From positions 9,448 to 73,447 of the forward strand of contig JAFVYB010000081.1 of NCBI GenBank assembly GCA_017500825.1: 64,000 nt of DNA, in the 5' to 3' direction. Under the pieces are notes generated by a model. It was not told the DNA's origin and ran no database searches. It was given only the letters and a program-made list of their open reading frames with translations. Made by a program: the position numbers and the translations under genes. The DNA is from Myxococcaceae bacterium. Lineage in GTDB: Bacteria; Myxococcota; Myxococcia; Myxococcales; UBA5297. Positions 26,079-35,400 of this stretch are shown one piece after another. Positions within the stretch are counted from its first letter, which is position 1, and each line of letters starts with the position of its first letter.

Positions 26079-28643
26079 ATGTCCCTCCTTCGCCGCCTGC
26101 GCAGAGCCAGACGCTTCCTGGCCGCCATCCCCTGGGAACACCGCCTCTCCCAGATCGGCCAAGCACTCCTCGTCCTCGCGCTCTTTTTCTGTCCGCTCGC
26201 CCTTGGCGGCGCGCGCCTGTGGGCCGTGGCCGTGGCCTTTGTCCTCGCCTGCGCCTCCCTCGCCGCGCTCGCCCTCTCGCGACACCTCGAACAGCGCCGC
26301 CTCGTCCTGCCGCTCTTCGCTCTCCCCCTCGCCGCCGCCGCGATCGCCTGCGCCCTTCAGCTTTGCCCGCTGCCGCCCGGCCTCATCGCCCTCGCCGCGC
26401 CCGCGACGCACGCGCTCTTCACCTCGTCGCTTGAGCCCCTCGGCCTCTACCCGGCCTGGCGCCCGCTCTCGCTCGATCCGCCCGCCACTGCCCGCGCCCT
26501 GGTCACGCTGCTCTGCTGCCTCAGCGCCTTTGTCGCCGCCGCCCAAATCGCCACCTCCTCGCGCGGTCGCGCCCTTCTCAACGCCACTATTGGCCTGAGC
26601 GCCCTGACCGTCGCCCTCATCGGCTTCGGACACGCCCTGGCCCACGCGCGCGCCCTCTTCGGCGCCTTCAGCTACGCCCAGGCCTCGCCCCCCTTCCTCT
26701 CCACCTTCGGCAATCCCAACCACCTGGCCGCCTTCCTCACCCTCGGCGCCCTCTCGCTCAGCTCCCGCGCCCTCAACGCCACCGAGACTGGCAGGCGCTT
26801 TGGCTGGTGGCTGGCCTACCTCGCCGTCGCCGTCGCCATCTTCCTCAGCCTCTCGCGCGGCGGGATCATCGCCTTTGTCATCGGCCAGGCGCTCCTCCTC
26901 TGGAACCACCGCGTCCTCGACGCCGACGCGCGCCACGACTCGGGCGGCCACCGTCGCCTGCTCGCCTTCCTCGGACTCGGCACAGCGCTGGCCTGCGCGC
27001 TCTACATCGCCGCGCAAAAACTCATCGGCGAATGGGCCACCCTGACCTCGCTCGACGGCCTGACCCACGCCAAGCTCCCGCTCCTCACCGCGACACTTCC
27101 GCTCATCCAGGCGCACTGGCGCTTCGGCGTCGGCAAGGGCGCCTTTGAGCCGGCCTTCGCCAGCTTCATCCCGACCTCCACCAGCGGCGCGCGGACCTTC
27201 ACCCACCCCGAAAATCTGCCGCTTCAATGGATGGCCGACCTGGGCGTCGTGCCCGCCGCGCTTCTCCTCATCGGCGTCGCCTTCGCCTTCTGGAGGGGAT
27301 GCCGCAGCGCTCACCGCGATTGTCTGCGATGGGGCGCGCTGATCGCCGTCCTCACCGCCGCGATCCACGACCTCGCCGACTTCAGCCTCGAATTTCTCGG
27401 CACGGCCCTGCCCGCCACCGCGCTCTTCGCCCTCGGCACAGCCCACCGCCACAACCGCCGCCAGATGGCCGCGACGCTCGCCCTCGCCCTGACCGCGATC
27501 ACTTTCGCCCTCGGCCTGACGAGCCTCTCCTTTGCCCGCCACGACCTCAGAAGCGACAGCGCCGCCCTCCTCGCCGCGCCCCAGATCGACCGCGCGCGCC
27601 TCCGCCAAGTCATCGCGCGCCACCCGGCCGATGAGTTCCCCCGACGCGTCGCCGCCGCCCACGCCCTGAACGCCACTCGCCCCGCCGAAGCCCTCTCCTG
27701 GTCCGGACAGGCCATGCGCCTCTTCCCCGCGCTCGCCTCTCCCCACGCCCTCGCCGCGCGCGCCCTCGAACGCATGGGCGCCTTTGCGCAGGCCGCCACC
27801 GAATGGACCCTGGCCCTGGAGCGCGGAGACCAACGCGCCGCAGCCGCGCTCGCCGACCTCTTTGCCCGCGACCGTTTGCCCGCCTCTGACCTCGTCCGCC
27901 TCGCCCCCGCCGACCCCGCGCTCGCCCTCTTTCTCGCGCAGCGCCTCGCCGACCGCCGCCGCGACAGCGACGCGAACGCCCTCCTCGACCACCTCGACCA
28001 CGCGAACGAAACGACCGACGCGACCGCCCTCGACCGACTGCGCCTGCGCGCCCGCCTCGCCGAGCGCCGCAGCGACAGCGACGCCCTCCTTGAACTGGGC
28101 CCCAAAATCACCGCCCTCGAAGGCCCGGACAGCCACACAGGCCTCCTCTTCGAAGTGAGCGCCCTCAGATTGCGCGGCGACATCGACGCCGCCCGCCGTC
28201 GCCTGAGCGACCAGCTGACGCGCCTGCCCACCGCCGCCGTGGCGCTCAGACTCGCCGAATTGGAACTCAGCCAGGGCCAAAGCGCCGCCGCCCGCGAGGC
28301 GCTGCGCCAAATTCCCGCCACCATGACCATCGATGAGCGCGTGCGCGCCCTCGCCTTCGAATCCGCCGCCTTCCGCCGCGATGGCGCCCACGCCAAGGCG
28401 CTCACACCCTTGCGCACAGCGGTCAACCTCAAGCCCAAAGACGTGAACCTGCGCCTCAAGTTTGTCGAAGCGCTGGAGCGCGCCGGCCGCCTGGAAGAAG
28501 CCCTGCGGGAGCTCGTTGTCTGTCGGGACAAATCACCGCGCGGACCAAACCGCGAACAAATCGAATTAATTGAACAAAGAATTCTGCAAAAACACGATCA
28601 GCGCACGCATGCGGCGCGAAAGAAATCCCTGGGAATCGACTAA
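26079..28643 (+). CDS. O-antigen ligase-family membrane protein with C-terminal TPR-like repeats
   Basis: TFGNPNHLAAFL, SLSRGG, GVGKGAF, THPEN, IHDLADFSL. Confidence 0.85.
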   Translation: MSLLRRLRRARRFLAAIPWEHRLSQIGQALLVLALFFCPLALGGARLWAVAVAFVLACASLAALALSRHLEQRRLVLPLFALPLAAAAIACALQLCPLPPGLIALAAPATHALFTSSLEPLGLYPAWRPLSLDPPATARALVTLLCCLSAFVAAAQIATSSRGRALLNATIGLSALTVALIGFGHALAHARALFGAFSYAQASPPFLSTFGNPNHLAAFLTLGALSLSSRALNATETGRRFGWWLAYLAVAVAIFLSLSRGGIIAFVIGQALLLWNHRVLDADARHDSGGHRRLLAFLGLGTALACALYIAAQKLIGEWATLTSLDGLTHAKLPLLTATLPLIQAHWRFGVGKGAFEPAFASFIPTSTSGARTFTHPENLPLQWMADLGVVPAALLLIGVAFAFWRGCRSAHRDCLRWGALIAVLTAAIHDLADFSLEFLGTALPATALFALGTAHRHNRRQMAATLALALTAITFALGLTSLSFARHDLRSDSAALLAAPQIDRARLRQVIARHPADEFPRRVAAAHALNATRPAEALSWSGQAMRLFPALASPHALAARALERMGAFAQAATEWTLALERGDQRAAAALADLFARDRLPASDLVRLAPADPALALFLAQRLADRRRDSDANALLDHLDHANETTDATALDRLRLRARLAERRSDSDALLELGPKITALEGPDSHTGLLFEVSALRLRGDIDAARRRLSDQLTRLPTAAVALRLAELELSQGQSAAAREALRQIPATMTIDERVRALAFESAAFRRDGAHAKALTPLRTAVNLKPKDVNLRLKFVEALERAGRLEEALRELVVCRDKSPRGPNREQIELIEQRILQKHDQRTHAARKKSLGID

Positions 28644-28731
28644 AGGATTCAGCGCTTTATTGTTTTTTTGCGCCGCGCCCGAATGGAAATGCGTCTTTTT
28701 AAATTAAAGACGCGCGTCGAGGCGCGACAAT

Positions 28732-28770
28732 AAAAGAAACCCCCGTCCGGAGAGATTTCCGAACGGGGGC
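28732..28770 (-). terminator. Rho-independent terminator of the Cys-rich lipoprotein gene
   Basis: Minus strand cccccgttcgga...tccggacggggg then tttctttt. Confidence 0.75.
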
Positions 28771-28830
28771 AAATCATCTCTCAATTCAATTCAATCGAGT
28801 GGACTGAATGAATTCAGAGAAACCGCGCTC

Positions 28831-31056
28831 TTACTGGCAGGTATTCGTCGTGGTCGAGCTGTTGCGCGGCTGTGGGGTCACCGAGGTGACGGGGTACGTC
28901 GTGTTGTTATTGAGATCCGTCACAGGATTGGCCGTGACGACAACGTCCGTCACGCTGGCGGCGGCGCAGCCATTCGCCGAATAGAAGATTTGATTCGACG
29001 GCAACGTGGGCAGCTGGGAGCCGCAGACGCTTTCGCCGCCATAGACAAAGAGGATGCCCTGCTCGGCGGTCGGGCATTGGGTGCCGACTTTGTCGCCTTC
29101 TTCATCCGTGGCGTCGTTGAGCGTGGCGTTGGTGATGCCTTTGACAGCGATGAGAACCTTTGCGCCTTCCGGTGAAAGCTGAAGGCCGGTGCCTTTATTC
29201 ATTTTCAAATCAGGCTCGGGAATGTCCTGTTTGTCGTCGCCGATCTTGTTGGCCGTATCATCCGGGGACCTTTCGCCGATGAGGAAGTAGCCGCCGGCGG
29301 GAATGCTTGTCCCCTCGGGAACGGACTTGTTGCTCTTCAGCTGCCAGCTCTTACCGGAGCCATCGACCGCCTCGACCAAGACGCTCCAGCCGGAGATGTC
29401 GACGGCTTCGGAGCCGGTGTTGTGCAGCTCGATGAAGTCCTGGTGGAAGGCTTCGCAGGTGGCGGTGCCGAGAAGGGTGGTGGGGCCCATATTCGTCGGA
29501 TCGCAGAGTTGGTTGCTCTCGCCCGTGCCGCCGCCCGCGTAGAGCGCCGAGATGATGACGCCGCCGCTGGGAGTGGCCGCCTGGCAGTTGCCGTCGTCGA
29601 TCGTGATCTCGAACGGGCCGCGGTCGTAGTTGGTCGAGTCCCAATCGCCGCCATCGACGACGACGTAATAGGTGTGACCACTGGTGGCGGTGAAGGTGAC
29701 GCTCTCACCATCGCAGTAGCTGCCGTTGTTGCTCTGTTTGAAGGCGGTGCGGCTGTTGAGCGCGGTGAGGACGTAGAGGACGAGGTCGTAGCCGTCTTTG
29801 CCATCGACGCAGCGCTCGTCGTTGAAGGGGACGGCGGAGATGGTCACCGTGCCGTTGGCCGTGGCCGTGTAGCTGTAGACGACCTCGGGGGCCGTGAACT
29901 CGTAGCTGGTGAAGCCCTCGCCGAGGACCATGACGCTCGACGCGCCGTTCGCCGAGGTGTCGCCCCTGGTCGCGGTGCAGGCGGTCAGTTCGATGGGCGT
30001 GGGCAGGGTCTCGCAGGTCTGCTGGATGTAGGTGTTGTTGCCGCTGCCACCAATCGAGCCGGAGCAGATCTGGCCGCTCGCGCAGGTGCCGCAGTCGACG
30101 TTCTTGACGTTGCCGCAGCTGTCGCGACCAGAGGCTGTGCCGCACTCGGTGTGGAAGTTGGCGCAGAACTGCTGGTCGCTGATTTCCTCGGGGACGCACT
30201 CGGTGTCGAGGCAGCGCAGGTAGCTGTCGGAGGTTTCGTCGAGGTTGCACTCGGTGCCCTCGCGGCATTCGGTGCCGCAGTTGACCATCACGGTGCCGCC
30301 GCAGCCGTCGTCGCGGGCGATCTTGCCGCCGCACTCCCAGTAGTTGGGCGCGACTCTGCAGTAGTGGGCGTAGGCCGTGTTCGCGTTGAAGGGCTCGCAG
30401 CTGCTGACGCAGGTGTTGGTCGAGGTGTTGCAGACGAGGCCATCGGCGCAGGGACAGGTGATCTCGATGTTGGCGCAGCCGTTGTTGACGCGCAGCGTGC
30501 CGCACTCGGTCAGGCCCTCAGCGTTGCCGCAGTGCTGGGCGATGAGTTCCTCGTCGGTGATGGTCGGGGTGCAGGTCTGGGAGATGCACTGGCCGCTGGC
30601 GTCGCAGGCCATGCCGTCGCCACAGGTGCCGCAGTTGATGGTGAGACCCTCGCAGCCGTCGGCCACGGTCAGGGCGCCGCACTGGGTCTTGCCCTCGCCC
30701 TCGCCGCAGTGGGTGGCGATGGCTTCGTCGCGGGTGATGAGGGGGACGCAGCCCACGTCGCCGGCGTGGACGCAGACGTTGGAGGCATTGCAGGCCTCGT
30801 TGCCCGTGCAGGCGCCGCAGTCGATGGTGAACGTGCTCTCGCAGCCGTCGGGCACGCTCAGGGCGCCGCATTCGGCCAGGCCCTCGCCGCAGTTCGCCGC
30901 GATGGCCGCTTCGGTGGTGATGGGGGTGCAGGTGGTGCCGGGATCGACGACGCCGCTGTCGGGCGTTCCCTCGGGCTCGCTTTCGTTGCTGCAGCCGAGG
31001 AAGGCCGGGGTGGCGATGAGGCTCAGAGAGCCGATGAGAATCAGGAGTCGTTTCAT
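28831..31056 (-). CDS. Secreted Cys-rich repeat lipoprotein with PPC-like and lamin-tail (LTD) domains
   Basis: Lipobox FLGC; about five Cys-rich repeats (ECG..DGC..CG.C); YYVVVDG (PPC-like); VIISALYAGGG...DFIELHNTGSEAVDISGWS...IPAGGYFLI (LTD). Confidence 0.82.
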   Translation of the reverse strand: MKRLLILIGSLSLIATPAFLGCSNESEPEGTPDSGVVDPGTTCTPITTEAAIAANCGEGLAECGALSVPDGCESTFTIDCGACTGNEACNASNVCVHAGDVGCVPLITRDEAIATHCGEGEGKTQCGALTVADGCEGLTINCGTCGDGMACDASGQCISQTCTPTITDEELIAQHCGNAEGLTECGTLRVNNGCANIEITCPCADGLVCNTSTNTCVSSCEPFNANTAYAHYCRVAPNYWECGGKIARDDGCGGTVMVNCGTECREGTECNLDETSDSYLRCLDTECVPEEISDQQFCANFHTECGTASGRDSCGNVKNVDCGTCASGQICSGSIGGSGNNTYIQQTCETLPTPIELTACTATRGDTSANGASSVMVLGEGFTSYEFTAPEVVYSYTATANGTVTISAVPFNDERCVDGKDGYDLVLYVLTALNSRTAFKQSNNGSYCDGESVTFTATSGHTYYVVVDGGDWDSTNYDRGPFEITIDDGNCQAATPSGGVIISALYAGGGTGESNQLCDPTNMGPTTLLGTATCEAFHQDFIELHNTGSEAVDISGWSVLVEAVDGSGKSWQLKSNKSVPEGTSIPAGGYFLIGERSPDDTANKIGDDKQDIPEPDLKMNKGTGLQLSPEGAKVLIAVKGITNATLNDATDEEGDKVGTQCPTAEQGILFVYGGESVCGSQLPTLPSNQIFYSANGCAAASVTDVVVTANPVTDLNNNTTYPVTSVTPQPRNSSTTTNTCQ

Positions 31057-31193
31057 GTGGGACCTCTGGTGAGTGGCCCCTTGGAGAGGGGCGCGGGAAA
31101 AATCGGGGGGGCGTCTTTAGGCGAGCGGTATCGTTTGCAAAAGCCCTCTTTCGAGAGGTGGCCGAGTGGCATGGCGGGCGCCAGATTTGACCG

Positions 31194-32042
31194 ATGCGCG
31201 TGCTCTATCTCGAAGGCGACGGCGCGGCCGGGCGCTACCTCGGCGGGACGTTTCGCAAGATGGGCGTCGACCACCACCTCACCCTGCCCGGGGAATCACC
31301 GCCCCAGTCGCTCGGCGGGTTTCAGGCGGTGATCGTCTCCAACTTCCCTCGGCTGCTGATTCAGGAGGCGGAGGCCTCGATCGCGCAGGCGGTCGCGCGC
31401 GCGGGGATGGGGTTCCTCATGGTCGGCGGGCCGCACGCGTTTGGGCGCGGAGGCTATGTCGAAGACGCGTTGGCGGCGCTTTTGCCGGTCGAGACAAGGG
31501 CGGGTGACGATCGGCGCAGGCTTTCGGGCGGCGCGTTGGTGGAGGTGAGGCGTCCACGGCATCCGCTGCTGCGCTCTCTCAGGTTTGACGAGCCGCTGTC
31601 GGTGATGGGGTTCAATCGGCTGCGGCGGCGAGCGGGGACGACTGAACTTTTGAGCGCGCGGGCCATCGCTCGGGTCGACGCGGCGGGCGTTCACCTGGCT
31701 GCCCAAGGCGCGCCTTTGCTCGTGGTGCGCGAGTCCGCGGATGGGGTGAGCGGGCGCGTGGCGGCGCTGGCGACGAGTCTTTCTCCACCCTGGAGCGGCG
31801 GTCTGACCGAGTGGGGCGCGCGGCGGCTGTCGATCGACGCCCAGACAGAGGTCGGCGAGGGCTACGCGGTCTTTGTCCTCAACCTGGTGCGCTGGCTGTG
31901 CGGCGAAGAGGTCCTCTTTCGCGGTGAGGAGCAGACTGTCGAGGCGCCCGGACAGAGACTGGACGAGATGTCGCCCGAGGTGCGCGCCAACCGCCCGAGG
32001 CCAGAGAGGGAACTCAGCGATCCGCCGGCGCCGACCTGGTGA
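31194..32042 (+). CDS. Class I glutamine amidotransferase-like (DUF1355-type) protein
   Basis: FQAVIVSN, GMGFLMVGGPHAFGRGGY, LLPV, GRVAALATS. Confidence 0.7.
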   Translation: MRVLYLEGDGAAGRYLGGTFRKMGVDHHLTLPGESPPQSLGGFQAVIVSNFPRLLIQEAEASIAQAVARAGMGFLMVGGPHAFGRGGYVEDALAALLPVETRAGDDRRRLSGGALVEVRRPRHPLLRSLRFDEPLSVMGFNRLRRRAGTTELLSARAIARVDAAGVHLAAQGAPLLVVRESADGVSGRVAALATSLSPPWSGGLTEWGARRLSIDAQTEVGEGYAVFVLNLVRWLCGEEVLFRGEEQTVEAPGQRLDEMSPEVRANRPRPERELSDPPAPTW

Positions 32043-32415
32043 GCCTGCGCTCCAGCCACAGCAGGAAGATCGAGAAGATCGTCCCCAGCAGCATGGTCTG
32101 GACAAAGATCAGGGCCACGGTCAGCGCGGCCAGAAGACAGCGATTCCAGAAGGGTGTGAGCGCGCCGAGGACGGTCTGTTCGACGTAGAGATCGATGAAG
32201 CCGGTCAGTCTGAGGAAGGTGATGGGCAGGCCGTCGAGGAAGTTTTGCAGATTGTCGCCCGCCTTCAGGTCGCCGAGGCGCAACAGCTCCGAGAGGATGC
32301 CGAGCAAGAGGTAGCCGCAGCAGATCCAGAAGGACTGCCGCAGCACGACGCGAAGGAGCGCCCTGAATGATTGTGGCGCGGCGCTGTCGGCTGTCGCGCC
32401 TGCCTCATCGCTCAC
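32014..32415 (-). CDS. Hypothetical membrane protein
   Basis: Hydrophobic segments; GTG start overlaps the upstream gene stop. Confidence 0.6.
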   Translation of the reverse strand: MSDEAGATADSAAPQSFRALLRVVLRQSFWICCGYLLLGILSELLRLGDLKAGDNLQNFLDGLPITFLRLTGFIDLYVEQTVLGALTPFWNRCLLAALTVALIFVQTMLLGTIFSIFLLWLERRLTRSAPADR

Positions 32416-35400
32416 TTCTTCGACCTCTTCTTGGCCGCCTGCTTACCCTTGGACTTGCCCTTGGTCGCCGCCTTCGACTTCGCGTCCGACTTCTCTTTCG
32501 ACTTCGCCTCGACCTTGGCCTTGTCGCCAGACTTCGCATCCGACTTGTCCGCCGCGTGGTCGGCGACATTGGCGGGGGCGTTGGAGAGCCGGGCGACAGC
32601 CGCTGCGGCGTCGTCGGCGATCGGTCCCTTGGGCGAGAGACGACGGGCGGTGTCGAGGCTCTTTTGCGCGCGTTCGCGATCTGTTCCCGCGAGCGCCACG
32701 CCGAGTTCGAGATGCGCCCGCGCCATCGCGGGTTCGAGGCGAAGTGCGCGCTCGATCGACGTTTGGACCGTGGCCGCATCGCCGAAGAGTCGCTCCGCGC
32801 CCGCCTTGGCCAGCTGCGCCTCGGGGGCGAGGCTGTAGGCCTCCAGCGCTTTGTCCGCCTGATTGCGCGCCTGATTTTTCTTTTTGGCGGCGACGAGGAG
32901 CAGGGCGTGGACCGCGAAGACGCGCGCGCGAACTTCAGCGTCGACAGGCGTCGTGGCCTCCGCCTTGCCGTCGGAAATGGCCTTGACGAGGGCGTCGATC
33001 TCTTTTGGCAGGCCCGCGCGTTCCTTCTTGTCGCCAGCGGCGATGGCGATCTCGGCGAGACCCACGCGCGCGCGCAGTTCGTCCTCGTCCCGCTTGCGCG
33101 CCGCCTCGTAGAGCGCCTTGGCCCCGGCGAAATCGCCCTGTCGCAGCAGTCGATCGGCCAGGTCGAGGCGCGTGTCGGCGTTGCCGGAGCGCAGCCGCTT
33201 GAGGTCGGCCCGGGCCTGCCCCATCTCGCCGCTGAGGGCGAAGAACTGCACCGAGGCCAGTTGCACCGCCGGATCTTTGCCGTCAGCCTTGCGCGCCCGC
33301 GTCAGGGCACGTCGGGCGGCGTCGAGATCGCCCTTGAGGAGTTTGAGGCGCAGGTCGGCGAGCAGGATTTCCGTGTCGGGCCTGTCGTCGAGCACCGGAT
33401 CGAGCGCGCTTTCCACCGCCGCCAGATCGCCGAGGAGGAAGAGCGACTCGACGAGCGCCAGGCGCGCTTCCAGATGGAAGGGATTGATCTTCAGGGCGCT
33501 GTCGAGCTGCTTGCGCGCCTCGTCCACCTGCCCGCTGAGCAGCTGATGCCGACCGAGGACACAGCGGCTCTCGTAGTCGCGCAGATCCTTGGCGATGGCG
33601 GCCATGAGCGCGGCGTGCGCCTCTTTTTCCTTGCCCTGCCGCAACAGAAGCCGCCCCGTCGCCGACTGCGCCAGCGACCAGAAGCGATTCTTGGGGCCGA
33701 TGTTGGCGAGGATGCCCAGCGAACGATCCACGGCGGTCTCGGGATCGAGCCGCGCGTCGATCAGGGCCAGATAGACAACCGCCTGCGCGGGCAGGTTTTG
33801 GCCACTGGGCGCGGTCGAGATGAGGACGCTCTTGGCGCGCTCCAGGCGGTTCAACTCGTAGAGGGCGATGCCGTGGAGGATCTGCAGATCGCGGCTGCCC
33901 TTGTAGCGCTCGCTGACCTTGAGCGCCTCGCGCGGACGGCCCTGAAGCAGCAGCGCGCGCGCGTGGAGGACTTTGTAACGCGCGTTTTTGGGGGCTCTCT
34001 TGGAGAGGGAGGCGAAGACTTTGGCCGCTTCGTCATGGCGGCCCGACAGCATGTGCGCCTCGCCCAACGCCCGCTGAAACTCGCCCCGCCGCTTCTCGTG
34101 CCGCTCGGCGCCCGCCATGAGGATCTCGACGGCTTTTTCGCCTTCGCCAACGCGCGCGCGCAGCTGTCCCTCTGCGAGATCGAGTTGCGGCAGCAGCGCC
34201 TCCGGCCATGGCGTGGAGGTCTTGGCGGCGGCCTCGTAGCTCTCCCGGGCCTTTTGCAGGCGCGCGAGGTGTTCCCTGTCGTCCTCGATCGTCTGATCGC
34301 GGCGCATCAGGGCCGCCTCGGTGAGGCCAAGGATGGCGCCGACGTGGTTGGGCGAAATCTGCTGGGCGCGCTCGAACATGGCGAAGGCGCGGTCGGCGTC
34401 GGCGCTCTGCGAGGCGATGGCCGGGCGCAGGAGGCTCTGTCCCGAGGCGAGCAGCGTCTCGACGTGCGAGGCGTCCTCCGTCAGCGATTGCGTCAGGTGG
34501 CGGCTGGCGTCGTCCAGCTTCTTCTGGGCGATGAGGCGCTCGGCGAGGAGCAGATGGACCTCGGCGCGTTCAAACCCGGTCTTCAGCGCCTTCACGTCGA
34601 GCTTGGCCAGCTTGGCGATCGCCTTGCTCTTCGTGATCTTCTGGTCGCGGTCTTCGAGTCGGTAGTCGATGGCCAGCGCCAAGCCCGGCGCGTGGGCGCG
34701 AATCGTCTCCAGATGCTTCTCCGCCTCGGCGCGATCCTCGGCGCGGCCGCCAAAGCTGTGGAACAGGGCGGCGTGGGCAAAGGCGCGGGTCGTCATGGCG
34801 TCGAGATCCGCGGCGTTCTCGTCGAGGAGGCGCTCGGAGAGCTCGATGGCGTCGCGGTAGGCCTGCGGCGTGGCCAGCGGCAGAGCGCGCGCGGCGTCGG
34901 CCCGCCATTGACCGACTCGCGTCCCCTGAGTCTCGCGTGAGCTCTTCTGGAAGACGTAACTTCCGGCGGCGGCGACGGCGATGAGGGCGAGCGCGCCAGC
35001 CATTTTGGGCCAGTGGCGGCGCAGGAAGGTCGGCTTGGGCTGTGTCAGGAGCTTTTCGCGCAGCTCTCGCTCGTATTCGCGCGCGATCTCCTCTGCTGTC
35101 TGCGCCGTCACCATCACGCTGGGCACCTGGGCCGGGCGGGGCGGCGTCGAGGGCACAAACTCCGCGGGCAAGTCGTCGAGCAGGCCTCCGCGCCTGGGTG
35201 TCGCGGGCTTGAGTGTGACCGGTGGCAGAGGCGGCGGCGCGCCTTTGGGCGGCAGAGGTGGCGGCGCGGCGAGGCCCATGTCCGGCGTGGCGCTTTTGGG
35301 CGGCAGGGGCGGCGGCGTGGCGAACGCCTGCGATTCGATCTCGGCGTCGGGATTCGTCCCAGTCGCGTCAGCGGCGCCTTCTTCTGGCTGCCCGTCGAAC

